Shown: positions 43,829 through 53,928, counted from the stretch's first letter. The stretch: DNA of 64,000 nt from a virus (IMGVR_UViG_3300025128_000015:64001-128000), one strand, 5' to 3'. The notes: generated by a model from the sequence alone, not told the origin. Numbers and translations are program-made.

Positions 43829-45271
43829 ATGAAAATCACAAAGTTGCAAATCAAAAAAATAATCCAGGAAGAAATTGAGAATGTTTTAGAAGAACGCAGT
43901 GAGTTCTACGACGGAACCTCCTGGCACTCGTCTCCTGGCACAGCAAAAGAGAAAAGAGATGCTTATATACATAGAATGAAAGCTAAGAGAGCTAAGATTA
44001 CGCCAGGCAGTCCTGCATACAATCCGGCCGCGCCGGTCAGCGATCCTGGATTCAAAAAGAGAGATGAGTACGTACGCAGTATGAAAGCTAAGAGAAGCTT
44101 CCCATTCCGGAAAGCGGATTTTTTGAGTCAGGTAAGGCAACAATCACTCCCCGTCGACGCAGCCTGGACCCCGACTCCGGACCATACACGGCGAGCGCGT
44201 TATGACTGGGATAATGAGAGCGGTGTGACAATGTACGAGCGCCCGTTTCCCGGAGAGTTCCCGACAAAACAGTATAGTGGGACACTTGATGAAGGCGAAT
44301 TAGATGAAAAACGTGCCGGCGGTGATGGCGGCTTCATCGTGATGGATCTTGACGACCCGGATTATGATTTTTTGGCAGACAAAAGCAACATATATCGCGG
44401 CCGGAGCGAGAAGGATAATATCAGGAAATTTCCTGGTATTATCGACGGCGGTGGGGCTCTAGGTATTGTACGGGATCCGGATTCTAAATCAGGATATACC
44501 GTTCTTGTCGACGTCGAGGCTATGCGGGACGGTAAGGGAATTACAAAGCCATATCTCATGGATAACTACAAAGAAGTTTTTAGAGACAAGTCCCATCCAA
44601 AGCATGAATTAGTTAAACAGCAATTAGCCGCTAGAAGAGGCTATAATGCATTAATGAAACAACCGCGGGTGAAACGTTTCATTAAGCAAAAAGGCGATCC
44701 ATATGGACAAGCTAATAGAAAGGCTGCAGATCCTAGTACTAAACCAAAATTACCAAAAAATTGGAAAAGTTTAAGTCCGTCGGATCCGCGAAGGGTTGCG
44801 TATAGAGATTGGAAAAAAGGAAAGACGCCAGCACCAACCGGCGATGCGGCTAGAGCGAAACGCAAAGAATTTCTAGCAACAGCAACGCCAGGGCAATTAG
44901 GCAAAGATAATGAGGCGCGTTTGGCGCTTGGCTTACCTTTGCCGGCAGAAACTCAAAGCAAAATAGCAGCTATCGGAAAAGATGTTGATAGACTCTCAAA
45001 ATCAACCGCGCAATCTAATCTTGGAGGGTTAGAAGGGAACTTTGCTGTTGAGCAGCCGGCTCGCGTTGCAACTAGCAAAAAAAGCATAGCTAAAAAAACA
45101 GCCAAAGCAAAACCGCCTAAAAGGCTTGGTACGGTACCAAGTACACCTGGAATGCTTACAAAAGGCATGCAATATAAGCTAAGAGAAGAAAAATCACGTA
45201 TTAGGAAGTTAATTGAAGAAGTATACGATGAAGTCTTGGCCGAAGAAGGTTGGTTTGAGCCACATATTTGA
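43829..45271 (+). CDS. MKITK-leader mosaic basic protein
   Basis: MKITKLQIKKIIQEEI; C-terminal IRKLIEEVYDE; start reassigned to 43829. Confidence 0.7.
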   Translation: MKITKLQIKKIIQEEIENVLEERSEFYDGTSWHSSPGTAKEKRDAYIHRMKAKRAKITPGSPAYNPAAPVSDPGFKKRDEYVRSMKAKRSFPFRKADFLSQVRQQSLPVDAAWTPTPDHTRRARYDWDNESGVTMYERPFPGEFPTKQYSGTLDEGELDEKRAGGDGGFIVMDLDDPDYDFLADKSNIYRGRSEKDNIRKFPGIIDGGGALGIVRDPDSKSGYTVLVDVEAMRDGKGITKPYLMDNYKEVFRDKSHPKHELVKQQLAARRGYNALMKQPRVKRFIKQKGDPYGQANRKAADPSTKPKLPKNWKSLSPSDPRRVAYRDWKKGKTPAPTGDAARAKRKEFLATATPGQLGKDNEARLALGLPLPAETQSKIAAIGKDVDRLSKSTAQSNLGGLEGNFAVEQPARVATSKKSIAKKTAKAKPPKRLGTVPSTPGMLTKGMQYKLREEKSRIRKLIEEVYDEVLAEEGWFEPHI

Positions 45272-45459
45272 CCTGATGAGCTTGACTGGCCCGGTGGGTC
45301 AAAGATTATTTCGCAACTTAAACGCAAGAAGAAAGCGAATAAACGAAAAGCTAAGAGGTAAACGTGAGGGTAGAAAAAATCTCGGGAAAAAAATCGCGGA
45401 TTTTTGGCGGGGTTCTCTTGTCTAAGCAACTAATTATTCTATGAAAAGGACGAAACCGC

Positions 45460-46887
45460 ATGAAAATTACCAAACAAAAACTTGAAAGTCTTATTTTAGA
45501 AGAAATCAAATCTCTCCAAGAAGGGTCTCCATTCCAAGAAAAAGCCAAGGAAGCGCAGAAGGAATTCCAAGACTCGCGTCCATGGACGGTAAGTGTGTTA
45601 GCTAGCTTTCCGAAAACTAATCGTTTGGACAATAACGTGCCAAACACACTCCGTGACTTTATAAGCTCCTCTGGTGCAGCTGTTGTTCACGAAGATTATA
45701 GAAGTGAGTGGATAAAAAGAGGTCATAGGGTTTATGACCTCGATTATATCAAAAATGGAGGACTCCAAGGAAGTAGAGGTCCTCTAATTTTAAAAATTAT
45801 TGAGGATGCTTTCAGCTTTCCGTTGCAACCTTATGTCGACGGCGAGGGTCGTGAAACTCCTCGCGAAAATGCGCTGGAGAGTGATCCTTTGGTATCTCGA
45901 CCACAATTTGCTAAGGATCCTGATGGGAGACGCTATATTACTTTTACCACCAAAAGTGGGTCATGGGTCGTTATAGATACTCCTCCAAGAGATACACCGT
46001 CTCAGGATCCTCAGCCAGGAATTACAATCGGACCAGCTCCTGCAGGACAAGGATTGGCAGAAAATAAAATGAAGCTCACAAAACAACAGCTTAAACAGAT
46101 CATTAAAGAAGAGATTGAATCACTTCTAGAGCAAGAACAAGATTCTGTAGAAAGTATGATCTATAGATTTATGGAAAGTGGAGCAAATATCTCTGATGAT
46201 AAATATGAGACAGATAAGTGGAGTGATTTTCATGATCCAATCGATCCTCGTACCGCCTCAATTGAGAGAGATGGTAAACAAATCGCACCTATCATTAATG
46301 ACGCTTTTGATACTAAAGAAATTAATCGAGATAGAAACGATAAACCAGGGAGATTAACAGGGCGAGCATCCCTGCAAGAAACAGAGGATGGAATGCCTTA
46401 TATACCTTTCTTTGTTAAAGGAAATCCGGGTGTGCCTGATATGTTATATCGCGTTGTCAACAATCCTAATGGTGGAATCATAATTGAGCCGGCTCCTGAA
46501 AGAATGAATTATAATGAAGCTCTCGAACAAATCATCAAAGAAGAGATTGAAGGTCTCTTAGATGAGATTGACCTTGATGAAAAGCGTAAAAAAAAACGTA
46601 AAGGCAAAATGCCTAAAAAATTCTCTGTTAAAAGCGGCGATAAATCAAAGTCTGGTGGATTGACGTCAAAAGGTGTTAAGCGTTATAGAAGAGCTAATCC
46701 TGGCTCTAAATTAAAGACGGCCGTTACCAAGAATCCTAAAAAGCTTAAAAAAGGTGGTAAGGCTGCAAAGAGAAGATTATCTTTCTGCAGAAGAATGCGT
46801 GGCATGAAAAAGAAATTGACAAGCAAGAAGACTGCAAGAGATCCGGATAGCAGAATTAATAAAGCTTTAAGAAAGTGGAATTGCTAA
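45460..46887 (+). CDS. Protein with three IIKEE-type modules and a basic C-terminal domain (DUF6321-like, from memory)
   Basis: Leader at 45460, second in-frame leader at 46069; ends GGLTSKG...SFCRRM...SRINKALRKWNC. Confidence 0.7.
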   Translation: MKITKQKLESLILEEIKSLQEGSPFQEKAKEAQKEFQDSRPWTVSVLASFPKTNRLDNNVPNTLRDFISSSGAAVVHEDYRSEWIKRGHRVYDLDYIKNGGLQGSRGPLILKIIEDAFSFPLQPYVDGEGRETPRENALESDPLVSRPQFAKDPDGRRYITFTTKSGSWVVIDTPPRDTPSQDPQPGITIGPAPAGQGLAENKMKLTKQQLKQIIKEEIESLLEQEQDSVESMIYRFMESGANISDDKYETDKWSDFHDPIDPRTASIERDGKQIAPIINDAFDTKEINRDRNDKPGRLTGRASLQETEDGMPYIPFFVKGNPGVPDMLYRVVNNPNGGIIIEPAPERMNYNEALEQIIKEEIEGLLDEIDLDEKRKKKRKGKMPKKFSVKSGDKSKSGGLTSKGVKRYRRANPGSKLKTAVTKNPKKLKKGGKAAKRRLSFCRRMRGMKKKLTSKKTARDPDSRINKALRKWNC

Positions 46888-46888
46888 T

Positions 46889-47143
46889 ATGAACATTACA
46901 AAAAAACAAATCAAACAAATTATTAGAGAAGAATTGCAAAACATTCTCGATGAAGACGGACATGAAGATGTGCCTTCAGCTAGAAGAGCAATGCAAACAA
47001 TTATTGAAGATGCTGGAGAGATGCTAGAGGCGCTAGATCAAATGGAAGGCAATCTTCCAACTTGGTGGACAAATAAAATGGCCGTTGCAGCTTCTATGCT
47101 TAATAAAATGAGAGATTATCTTTTGATAGACTCAGAGGAATAA
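46889..47143 (+). CDS. MNITK-leader small protein
   Basis: MNITKKQIKQIIREEL; DGHEDVPSA...LPTWWTNK. Confidence 0.7.
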   Translation: MNITKKQIKQIIREELQNILDEDGHEDVPSARRAMQTIIEDAGEMLEALDQMEGNLPTWWTNKMAVAASMLNKMRDYLLIDSEE

Positions 47144-47146
47144 AAG

Positions 47147-47512
47147 ATGAAATTATTATTTGAAAATTGGAGAAAATTTATTAATGAATCCGCATTTAGT
47201 GGAAACGGACCTTTATCTGAACCTATTGAGGAAATTGGAGGATTAAGATTCAACGACAGAGCACCGTTCGGACAAGAGCGTGATCCTACGGGACCTAGCG
47301 CTTCTGTAGCCAGAGGGCTTGAAGCTCCAGTTCCTGCAGAGATTGCAGATGAGATGGAAAACGTGCACAAAGAAAATCCGAAAATGGATATCGATAGCAT
47401 CCTTGATGCAGTCGATAAAAAGTTCCCAAAATTTGATTTATTCGCGTATTATAATCATGATCTTGTCGACGAAGCTATTGAATTATTTAAAAAGGAAAGG
47501 ATGACTAAATAA
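47147..47512 (+). CDS. MKLLFENWRKF-leader acidic protein
   Basis: MKLLFENWRKFINE. Confidence 0.7.
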   Translation: MKLLFENWRKFINESAFSGNGPLSEPIEEIGGLRFNDRAPFGQERDPTGPSASVARGLEAPVPAEIADEMENVHKENPKMDIDSILDAVDKKFPKFDLFAYYNHDLVDEAIELFKKERMTK

Positions 47513-48513
47513 TGAAACTTTTGCTTGAAAATTGGAAAAAATATATTAATGAAGGTGTTATGGATGATAAGCCTTATCGTACCGATGCTCAAGCAAAAAA
47601 AGAGTTAGAAAATAATATTTACACTGAAGAAGCTTCAAAAGACAGTATCGAAAAGACTGTCAAAGACGTTTTAAAGGATGAAGGTGGCGCATCAGGACTA
47701 GATCCTATTAAAAAAGCTGTTGAAGATCTAGATTTACCAGACAATTTTGACTTAAAAGACTTCCTTAAAGGTTTAAGAGGTGTCGGACAACACGAAGATG
47801 GTGATTATATCCTTGAAGATGGCGAAGAAATCGATGTTAGAGAAGGAATTGAAATATTTTTGGAAGCTCAAGACGATGTTTTAGAAGAAAAACGTCGTTC
47901 AAAACGCGGAAAAGGCAGAAAAAAGAAAAAAAAGAAGAAGAAAAAGAAAAAAGACGCATGTTATCACAAGGTTAGAGCACGATATGATGTCTGGCCATCT
48001 GCATATGCCTCTGGTGCTCTCGTAAAGTGTCGCAAAGTCGGTGCAGCAAATTGGGGCAACAAAAGCAAAAAGAACGAATCCGTCGATTTAGAAGCTATTA
48101 TTAGAGAAGAAGTTGAAAGTTATTTAGATGAATGTTGGAGTACTCATGAGCGCGTGCCTGGTACGATAAAAGGCACTAAAGGATCTTGTCGTCCTAAAAG
48201 CGAAGGGGTTAAAGCCGGCTTAGAAGAGAAAAAAAGAAAAAAGCGTAAGCTAACGTCTAAACCTAGCTCTGAAACGAGTCTTCGTGACTGGTTTGGCCGT
48301 AAAGGCGCAAAAGGAAAGAAAGGTGGCTGGGTTGATTGCAATACTTGTAAGACTGTTCGCACAAAATCCGGCAAGAAACGCAAGAGCTGCAAGGCTTGTG
48401 GGCGTTCTGGGAGCGAAAAGAGGTCAAAGTACCCGTCTTGTCGTCCAACGCCGTCAGCGTGCGGGAAACGCGGCCGCTGGGGAAAGAAAGCTAAAGCAGG
48501 AAAGAAAGGATAA
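47512..48513 (+). CDS. MKLLLENWKKY-leader mosaic protein with basic Cys-containing modules (DUF5872-like, from memory)
   Basis: KDACYHKVRARYDVWPSAYASG; CWSTHERVPG; SLRDWFG...WVDC...KYPSCRP. Confidence 0.7.
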   Translation: MKLLLENWKKYINEGVMDDKPYRTDAQAKKELENNIYTEEASKDSIEKTVKDVLKDEGGASGLDPIKKAVEDLDLPDNFDLKDFLKGLRGVGQHEDGDYILEDGEEIDVREGIEIFLEAQDDVLEEKRRSKRGKGRKKKKKKKKKKKDACYHKVRARYDVWPSAYASGALVKCRKVGAANWGNKSKKNESVDLEAIIREEVESYLDECWSTHERVPGTIKGTKGSCRPKSEGVKAGLEEKKRKKRKLTSKPSSETSLRDWFGRKGAKGKKGGWVDCNTCKTVRTKSGKKRKSCKACGRSGSEKRSKYPSCRPTPSACGKRGRWGKKAKAGKKG

Positions 48514-48564
48514 TATGAGTGTAGAAATATTACACACTATTTATTATATAAGGAAATTATCACA

Positions 48565-49194
48565 ATGAACGTTACAAAAGAACACCTCAAACAAATCATC
48601 GAAGAAGAACTCTTGGAGATGATGAATGAAAAATCCACGGACATCGACGAAGCTGTTTTGGGTTTGAATATAGCGGGTCAAGCGAATCCGAAACTTCGGA
48701 AGAAAGTTAAGAAAGCATTAGAAGATGAGCCTGGTGGTTCGCGTTCGTCCGGCATGCCAAATCCATTAAAACAATTAAAAGATTATGCCCGTGATCGGAC
48801 TGGTAACGTTGATCGAGGGTATTATGATAGAGAAAAAGCTAAAAGAGCTGGGAAGAACGCAGCTGCAGCCCGAAGAGACAGAAAAGCGACAAAAACTCGT
48901 GAACGTGGTAACATCGCTCATAATTTTGGAGGAGGCGTAGCGGGTTCCGGTATGACCGGTGGATATAGCATGCCTGAGCCGCGGCAAACATTTGGAGAAC
49001 CGGCGCCAACAACTAAAGTACCCAGAAAGAAAAAAAGATACACGCGAATCCCGGCTGATTTAGAGTCTGCAGTATCAGGTAAGGGTAAAAGTGTCTGGGT
49101 ACCAATAGATGAAAACGATATCACAAAAGCTGATCTTAAAAAAGTAATTCGTGAAGAACTTGAAGCTTTCTTGGATGATCACTACAGCAAATAG
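48565..49194 (+). CDS. MNVTK-leader basic protein
   Basis: MNVTKEHLKQIIEEEL; C-terminal ITKADLKKVIREEL. Confidence 0.7.
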   Translation: MNVTKEHLKQIIEEELLEMMNEKSTDIDEAVLGLNIAGQANPKLRKKVKKALEDEPGGSRSSGMPNPLKQLKDYARDRTGNVDRGYYDREKAKRAGKNAAAARRDRKATKTRERGNIAHNFGGGVAGSGMTGGYSMPEPRQTFGEPAPTTKVPRKKKRYTRIPADLESAVSGKGKSVWVPIDENDITKADLKKVIREELEAFLDDHYSK

Positions 49195-49195
49195 T

Positions 49196-49438
49196 TTAAT
49201 CGGTATTCCTTACTATACTTACAACCTCTAAGCTTTTTGGGTTACACCAGACAATACCTACTTTAAAAAAGTATACTTCAATGATTATTGTTTCTGGTTC
49301 TGTTTCCATAAAATCCCAGACGTCGATATCAATAATAATTCCTAAATCATTCCAACGTTCTTTTGGAGCGTTTAAATTATCATAAAGATTTTCGTCTTGA
49401 TTGAATCTTGTCCACCTAACCATGTCGCCTACTTTCAT
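49196..49438 (-). CDS. MKxGD mini-protein, minus strand
   Basis: MKVGDMV...LGIII...LEVVS; start reassigned to 49438. Confidence 0.7.
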   Translation of the reverse strand: MKVGDMVRWTRFNQDENLYDNLNAPKERWNDLGIIIDIDVWDFMETEPETIIIEVYFFKVGIVWCNPKSLEVVSIVRNTD

Positions 49439-49531
49439 ATTAATAACTAGGCATGAAAGCAATAGATCGTGTCTTTTAAGGCATGTATAAGATTTAAGTT
49501 CTAATTATTATTAAAGGTGAGACTACAAATT

Positions 49532-49699
49532 ATGAGCAACAATTTTTTAAGCATAAAAGAACTTCGTAAATTAATACAAGAAGTTGTCAAAGAAGTAGAA
49601 GGCGAAAATCCAGAATTAATCGATCCAGATGGTGGTAAAGTTTTTCACATCGATGATGATGGAAATATTGTATACCATGGTGAAGAAGAGTCAGACTAA
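49532..49699 (+). CDS. Small leader-bearing protein
   Basis: SIKELRKLIQEVV; CTAATTAT upstream. Confidence 0.55.
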   Translation: MSNNFLSIKELRKLIQEVVKEVEGENPELIDPDGGKVFHIDDDGNIVYHGEEESD

Positions 49700-50031
49700 C
49701 GAGATGGCCGTTTCTTTTTTCCTTTCTTATTAGAAAACTTCTTATTTGGTTTCTTGTGTGGTTTCTTGACTTTTACTCTAGGCTTATAAAATCTTATGCT
49801 TCTGTTGTATGTCTTGTATTTTCCACGATAATTTCTAATATGCTTACGATATATGTATCTACTAGATACAACCTTCATCTTATATGGTAAATAAACATAT
49901 GTTCCATAAAGATTATCATAATAAACATAAGCCGGCTTCGTTGTATAAGAAACGCTAGGCGTCAAGGTGGCGAAACAACCGGTTAAGGTAAATACTAAAA
50001 CAAGAACAACAGATAATAAACGTTTTTTCAT
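49696..50031 (-). CDS. Basic lipoprotein
   Basis: Lipobox LTGC; AGGAG RBS; Tyr/Lys-rich. Confidence 0.65.
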   Translation of the reverse strand: MKKRLLSVVLVLVFTLTGCFATLTPSVSYTTKPAYVYYDNLYGTYVYLPYKMKVVSSRYIYRKHIRNYRGKYKTYNRSIRFYKPRVKVKKPHKKPNKKFSNKKGKKKRPSR

Positions 50032-50126
50032 TTTGTTCTCCTGTTCATAGCAAAAGTATAGTTACTTTTTTTTAAAAGTAAAGGAATTTCTTTAACTAAT
50101 TATATGGGAAAGGAGATAATAAGAAT

Positions 50127-50852
50127 ATGATTTTATCTGAAGCCCACGTAGAAGTTTTTGTCTTAGAAGAAATGATTAAACTTCTCGGAGAATATTCTGA
50201 TCTTGAAGAAGAATTTATTAAAAGAAAAAAAGGTGGTGCGTTTGATCCAGCAACGTTTTCAAGCGATGTATCTCCAGAAGAAGTTGAAAAAGCTTTTAGA
50301 GCGCAAAATATAGAAAAAGGTATGTCTCCTGAAGCAGCAAGAGAATATGCTAAAGCGCAAGTTAAAGCAAGAACTGCCAAGAGCGAAGAGCCCACAGAAG
50401 AAGTTCCTGAAATTGGAGCGTCCGTCGAAGGTGGTAGTGAAATGGGCGGTGGATCTCAAGAAGGTAGAATGCAAAAATGGTCTGACCGGTCAGAGGAATT
50501 GATGAACCTAGAAAATTTGTTTACTATCGACAATTCTTTCCGAAATGCAATTGCAGAATTAAGCAAAACCACTAGTGGAGAACCGACAAGCGACGAACCT
50601 TCTTATATGCTAGCAACAGCATTATTAGGTCTCGTCGAGCAAGTGCCTGGCGAGCCAAATACAAATGAAGAAAAAGTTAGAGAATGGTTGGTTAATTATT
50701 TGCCCGCAGGACAAAATAAAGATATGACAATACAAAGAATAATTTATTATATGTCCCGAGCAGCTAGCTCAAAACCCACATATAACCAAGTTTGGGCTGC
50801 ACAGAAGGGTGTCCTTGACTTTCTCTCTCAAAGGGCTTCTAGGGGCGTCTAA
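50127..50852 (+). CDS. Hypothetical protein (late-type)
   Basis: ACTAATTAT upstream; VLEEMIKLL. Confidence 0.65.
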   Translation: MILSEAHVEVFVLEEMIKLLGEYSDLEEEFIKRKKGGAFDPATFSSDVSPEEVEKAFRAQNIEKGMSPEAAREYAKAQVKARTAKSEEPTEEVPEIGASVEGGSEMGGGSQEGRMQKWSDRSEELMNLENLFTIDNSFRNAIAELSKTTSGEPTSDEPSYMLATALLGLVEQVPGEPNTNEEKVREWLVNYLPAGQNKDMTIQRIIYYMSRAASSKPTYNQVWAAQKGVLDFLSQRASRGV

Positions 50853-50889
50853 ACAGTACTGTGGTGAATTTAAAACAAAGAGGAAACTA

Positions 50890-51174
50890 GTGGCTAAAAG
50901 AAAAGTTGGATTTGGGGCACTCCTAGAAGAATTAGAACAGGAAGAAGAAGTATATATTCCTAAATCTTATATTGTATGTCCCGCGTGCAAAGACGAATTT
51001 AGATCTGATGAATGTCCGCAGAAAGAAGATGAAAAGATATTCTGTTCCTGTGGTAATTTAGAATTTGGCTGCATTGAAGGCGACGGACATCCGTGTAGAA
51101 TTGGATCCAAAGGCGGATTCACAACTGTTAAGTATAAAACAGTTTATCCTAAATTTATCGATAAGAACATCTAG
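50890..51174 (+). CDS. Zn-ribbon protein
   Basis: CPAC...CSCG...C; GAGG plus GTG 50890. Confidence 0.55.
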   Translation: MAKRKVGFGALLEELEQEEEVYIPKSYIVCPACKDEFRSDECPQKEDEKIFCSCGNLEFGCIEGDGHPCRIGSKGGFTTVKYKTVYPKFIDKNI

Positions 51175-51222
51175 ATACTATTTAGATTATAAGACTTTTT
51201 ATTCACCGCGGAGATAAAAAAC

Positions 51223-51867
51223 ATGAAGTTAACAGAAAACGTTTTAAAACAAACAATTAGAGAAGTTATTAGTGAACTTCTAGAAGAAGACAAGCCAAAG
51301 CCGGCAAGAGGCCCAAAGGAAGCAAGTGAATTTTTAAAAACAGTGACTGACGCTGCCAAAGAAGCTGATAAATCTGGAAAAGAACAAAGAAAAGTGGCTA
51401 GCCCAGCGCGAAAGAAAGTTAAAGAAGATATCGACGAAGTAAGTGGCGTACCTGTTGCTAAAGATGATGACTTTGATCCTCTCGCTGCGTCTGAAGCCCT
51501 AGACAAAGTTGCCGGGGTTGATGATGTAAAAGCATTAGACGTCGGACCTGTTAATGAAAAACTTTCTGATAAGCAGTCTAAAAATATGGACAAAGATGAC
51601 GATGGCGATATTGACGCAAAAGATTTAAAAGCTCTTCGTAATCGTAAGTCAAAAAAGAAAGGTGATGTTTCTGAACAAGAAATGCCAGACCCTGAGCTTC
51701 CGAAAGTTCCTGACGTTAAAACAGAAGTGCCTGCTGCAGAAAAAATGACTCCTCCAAAAGCTCCGGCTGGTCAACAAACAACGACTCCTATGTCTTTAAA
51801 AGAGCATGCTTCGGCCAAGCACAATCGCATTTTTGAATCCTTAGTTAAGAGTATTACAAAGAAATAA
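51223..51867 (+). CDS. MKLTE-leader charged protein
   Basis: MKLTENVLKQTIREVI; EF-hand-like MDKDDDGDID. Confidence 0.7.
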   Translation: MKLTENVLKQTIREVISELLEEDKPKPARGPKEASEFLKTVTDAAKEADKSGKEQRKVASPARKKVKEDIDEVSGVPVAKDDDFDPLAASEALDKVAGVDDVKALDVGPVNEKLSDKQSKNMDKDDDGDIDAKDLKALRNRKSKKKGDVSEQEMPDPELPKVPDVKTEVPAAEKMTPPKAPAGQQTTTPMSLKEHASAKHNRIFESLVKSITKK

Positions 51868-51877
51868 GGAATCTAGT

Positions 51878-53620
51878 ATGAAAATTGATACTAAACGTTT
51901 AGATCATATCATTGAAGAAGTGTTGGAAGAAGTTATTTCTGAGCAATCCTTTGTTCGTGACGGCGACGACGCGACATTGGACCGAATTAATAAGCAAAGA
52001 ACACCTGTATCCGTGGAGCCGGTAAAGGCGCCTGAATGGGCTGAGATGTATTTTAAATCCAATCCAGGTTTAAGAGAAAAATACACAAAAGCCTATTCAG
52101 ATCCAAATTTTAGAGCAAGAGCAGACGCGCACGATGCTAAAGTTATAGCAAATAATAAAAAATATGCACTCAACAAGAAGAAAGGAAATGTAACGATCCG
52201 ACAACCTCAATTAACTTCTGTACAGTTGATGGGAAATAAGGTTCTTGATGATTGGTATAAAAACACTTCGCCAGAAGATCGAGCAATGAAAGATTACTCC
52301 GGAAATCCATCTGCACGAGCCAAGTTTTATAAAAAAATGGAAAAAAGAGCCAAGGAGAAAGGTGGAAATTTAGATGTATCAAAGCTGGGCGATGATGATG
52401 TTTACGGCGACGGGGGAACACTGGGACTCACACCAGACGCTGCTCCTGGTACATGGGATGATCCACTTGGTTATAAAGGACAGACTCAATTTAAATTTCA
52501 AAAAGATATTGTAGGCAAACCTGGTGAAAAAATAGATTCTGAAAGATTAAAACGTCGATCAAAAGATTTCGAAGGATTTCATGCCGGCGACTTAAATATA
52601 AGCCCTGAGATGGCCGGAACAATTGAAGATGTTGGTACGTTTATACTTCCAACAAACGCATTAGAGGCTGTAATTAGCCTTGTGCCTTTCGGAAAATTGT
52701 TCGGACTCGTTGGTAAACAGGGAACAAAGATTGCGGAAAAAGAAGTCGCAAAAGAACTTGTAAGCCAAGGTGTTGATAAAGCTGTAGCTCAAAGAATTGC
52801 AAAAGCACGTATGGATTATTTTGCAAAAGAAGCTGCTGAAAAGGCCGCTGCTAAGAAACTTGCAACAAAGGGTGGAATAAAGCCTGGTGGAGTTTTAAGT
52901 CCGTCGTCGCGGCTATCTCAAAAGCCTCCAAAGCCTGGATTTTTAGGAAGATCAAAAGTTGAAATACAAGATATGACTAAAAATCTCAAGAATTTTGCAT
53001 CTAAATATTTAGGACCAGAAACTGTTAATAAAGCAATGAGAAATGCTAGTGGTAAAGGCTTTAAAGAAGGAGCCAAAGGATTTGCAAAGGGACTTGCTGG
53101 ACAGTTGCATCCAATGCATCGATTATTTGGATCTAGCTGGCATGGTGCGCCAATGACATATGTTTTAGCTAAAATATATAATGCACAGAAAGGATCAAAA
53201 TTTGACCAAGAAGATCTTGGGGAACTTAGAGATATACTTGGGCTAAAAACTTTGGCAGATGTAGAGCGAGCGATGATAAACAGCGACAAAGAAGTAAGAA
53301 AACAAAATAAAGAAGCGTATGAATTAGATCGAAAGCTTATGAGAGGCGGATCCACGGCGGATAGAAGTACTGATATAATTATCGACGGCCTTATAAATTC
53401 CGGAATGGTTAATACAATTGATTCTTATAATATTAATGTAATGAGAGAACTTATAAAAAGCATGAAATCAAATCCTGCATATGGAAGTAGTAGAGTTAAG
53501 TTTCCCACGGAAGAAGAATTTATTAAAGCTCTAAAAGCTAAAGGCATTAAATTAGATATCGACACTCCATTAGTTAAAGAGCACATTGTCAACTTAGTAA
53601 TGGAAACTCTCGGGTATTAA
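51878..53620 (+). CDS. Large leader-bearing protein, probably virion-associated
   Basis: MKIDTKRLDHIIEEVL; Ala/Gly/Lys-rich amphipathic middle. Confidence 0.7.
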   Translation: MKIDTKRLDHIIEEVLEEVISEQSFVRDGDDATLDRINKQRTPVSVEPVKAPEWAEMYFKSNPGLREKYTKAYSDPNFRARADAHDAKVIANNKKYALNKKKGNVTIRQPQLTSVQLMGNKVLDDWYKNTSPEDRAMKDYSGNPSARAKFYKKMEKRAKEKGGNLDVSKLGDDDVYGDGGTLGLTPDAAPGTWDDPLGYKGQTQFKFQKDIVGKPGEKIDSERLKRRSKDFEGFHAGDLNISPEMAGTIEDVGTFILPTNALEAVISLVPFGKLFGLVGKQGTKIAEKEVAKELVSQGVDKAVAQRIAKARMDYFAKEAAEKAAAKKLATKGGIKPGGVLSPSSRLSQKPPKPGFLGRSKVEIQDMTKNLKNFASKYLGPETVNKAMRNASGKGFKEGAKGFAKGLAGQLHPMHRLFGSSWHGAPMTYVLAKIYNAQKGSKFDQEDLGELRDILGLKTLADVERAMINSDKEVRKQNKEAYELDRKLMRGGSTADRSTDIIIDGLINSGMVNTIDSYNINVMRELIKSMKSNPAYGSSRVKFPTEEEFIKALKAKGIKLDIDTPLVKEHIVNLVMETLGY

Positions 53621-53859
53621 GCTTCAGATAATATATGCAAATGGTTACATAACATAAGTGAGTCTGGTTCTCCTGAAGCTTCTCTATCCCAGATTAACCA
53701 TTCTATTTCTGCAAACTCTCGGTTGTCTTCTGTTTCAAAAACAGTCATGATAATTCCCATGTTAAGTTTCCAATTATCGTCAGGTATACCACCAATAACC
53801 GTATTAATTTTATTGAAGGTATACATTGACCTGACCGTAACTAAGTCGCCTCTCTTCAT
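53617..53859 (-). CDS. MKxGDLV mini-protein, minus strand
   Basis: MKRGDLV...MGIIM...IEW...LHILSEA; AACTATTTAT upstream on the minus strand. Confidence 0.7.
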   Translation of the reverse strand: MKRGDLVTVRSMYTFNKINTVIGGIPDDNWKLNMGIIMTVFETEDNREFAEIEWLIWDREASGEPDSLMLCNHLHILSEA

Positions 53860-53928
53860 ATTATTTATAAATAGTTTTTAGTTAACAGTTGTCTTAACTA
53901 GTTAATATTATAGTGTTAGTGTAATCTT

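Noticed and set aside
38132-43829. Track starts at 38132, 38544, 40104 and 43781 (also 50809)
   Set aside because: The extensions run through promoters, structured RNA or neighbouring genes; downstream starts have clear RBS or family-typical N-termini.
47915-47955. Programmed frameshift or assembly error at the A-rich run
   Set aside because: The frame stays open and encodes a poly-Lys tract consistent with the neighbouring basic modules.
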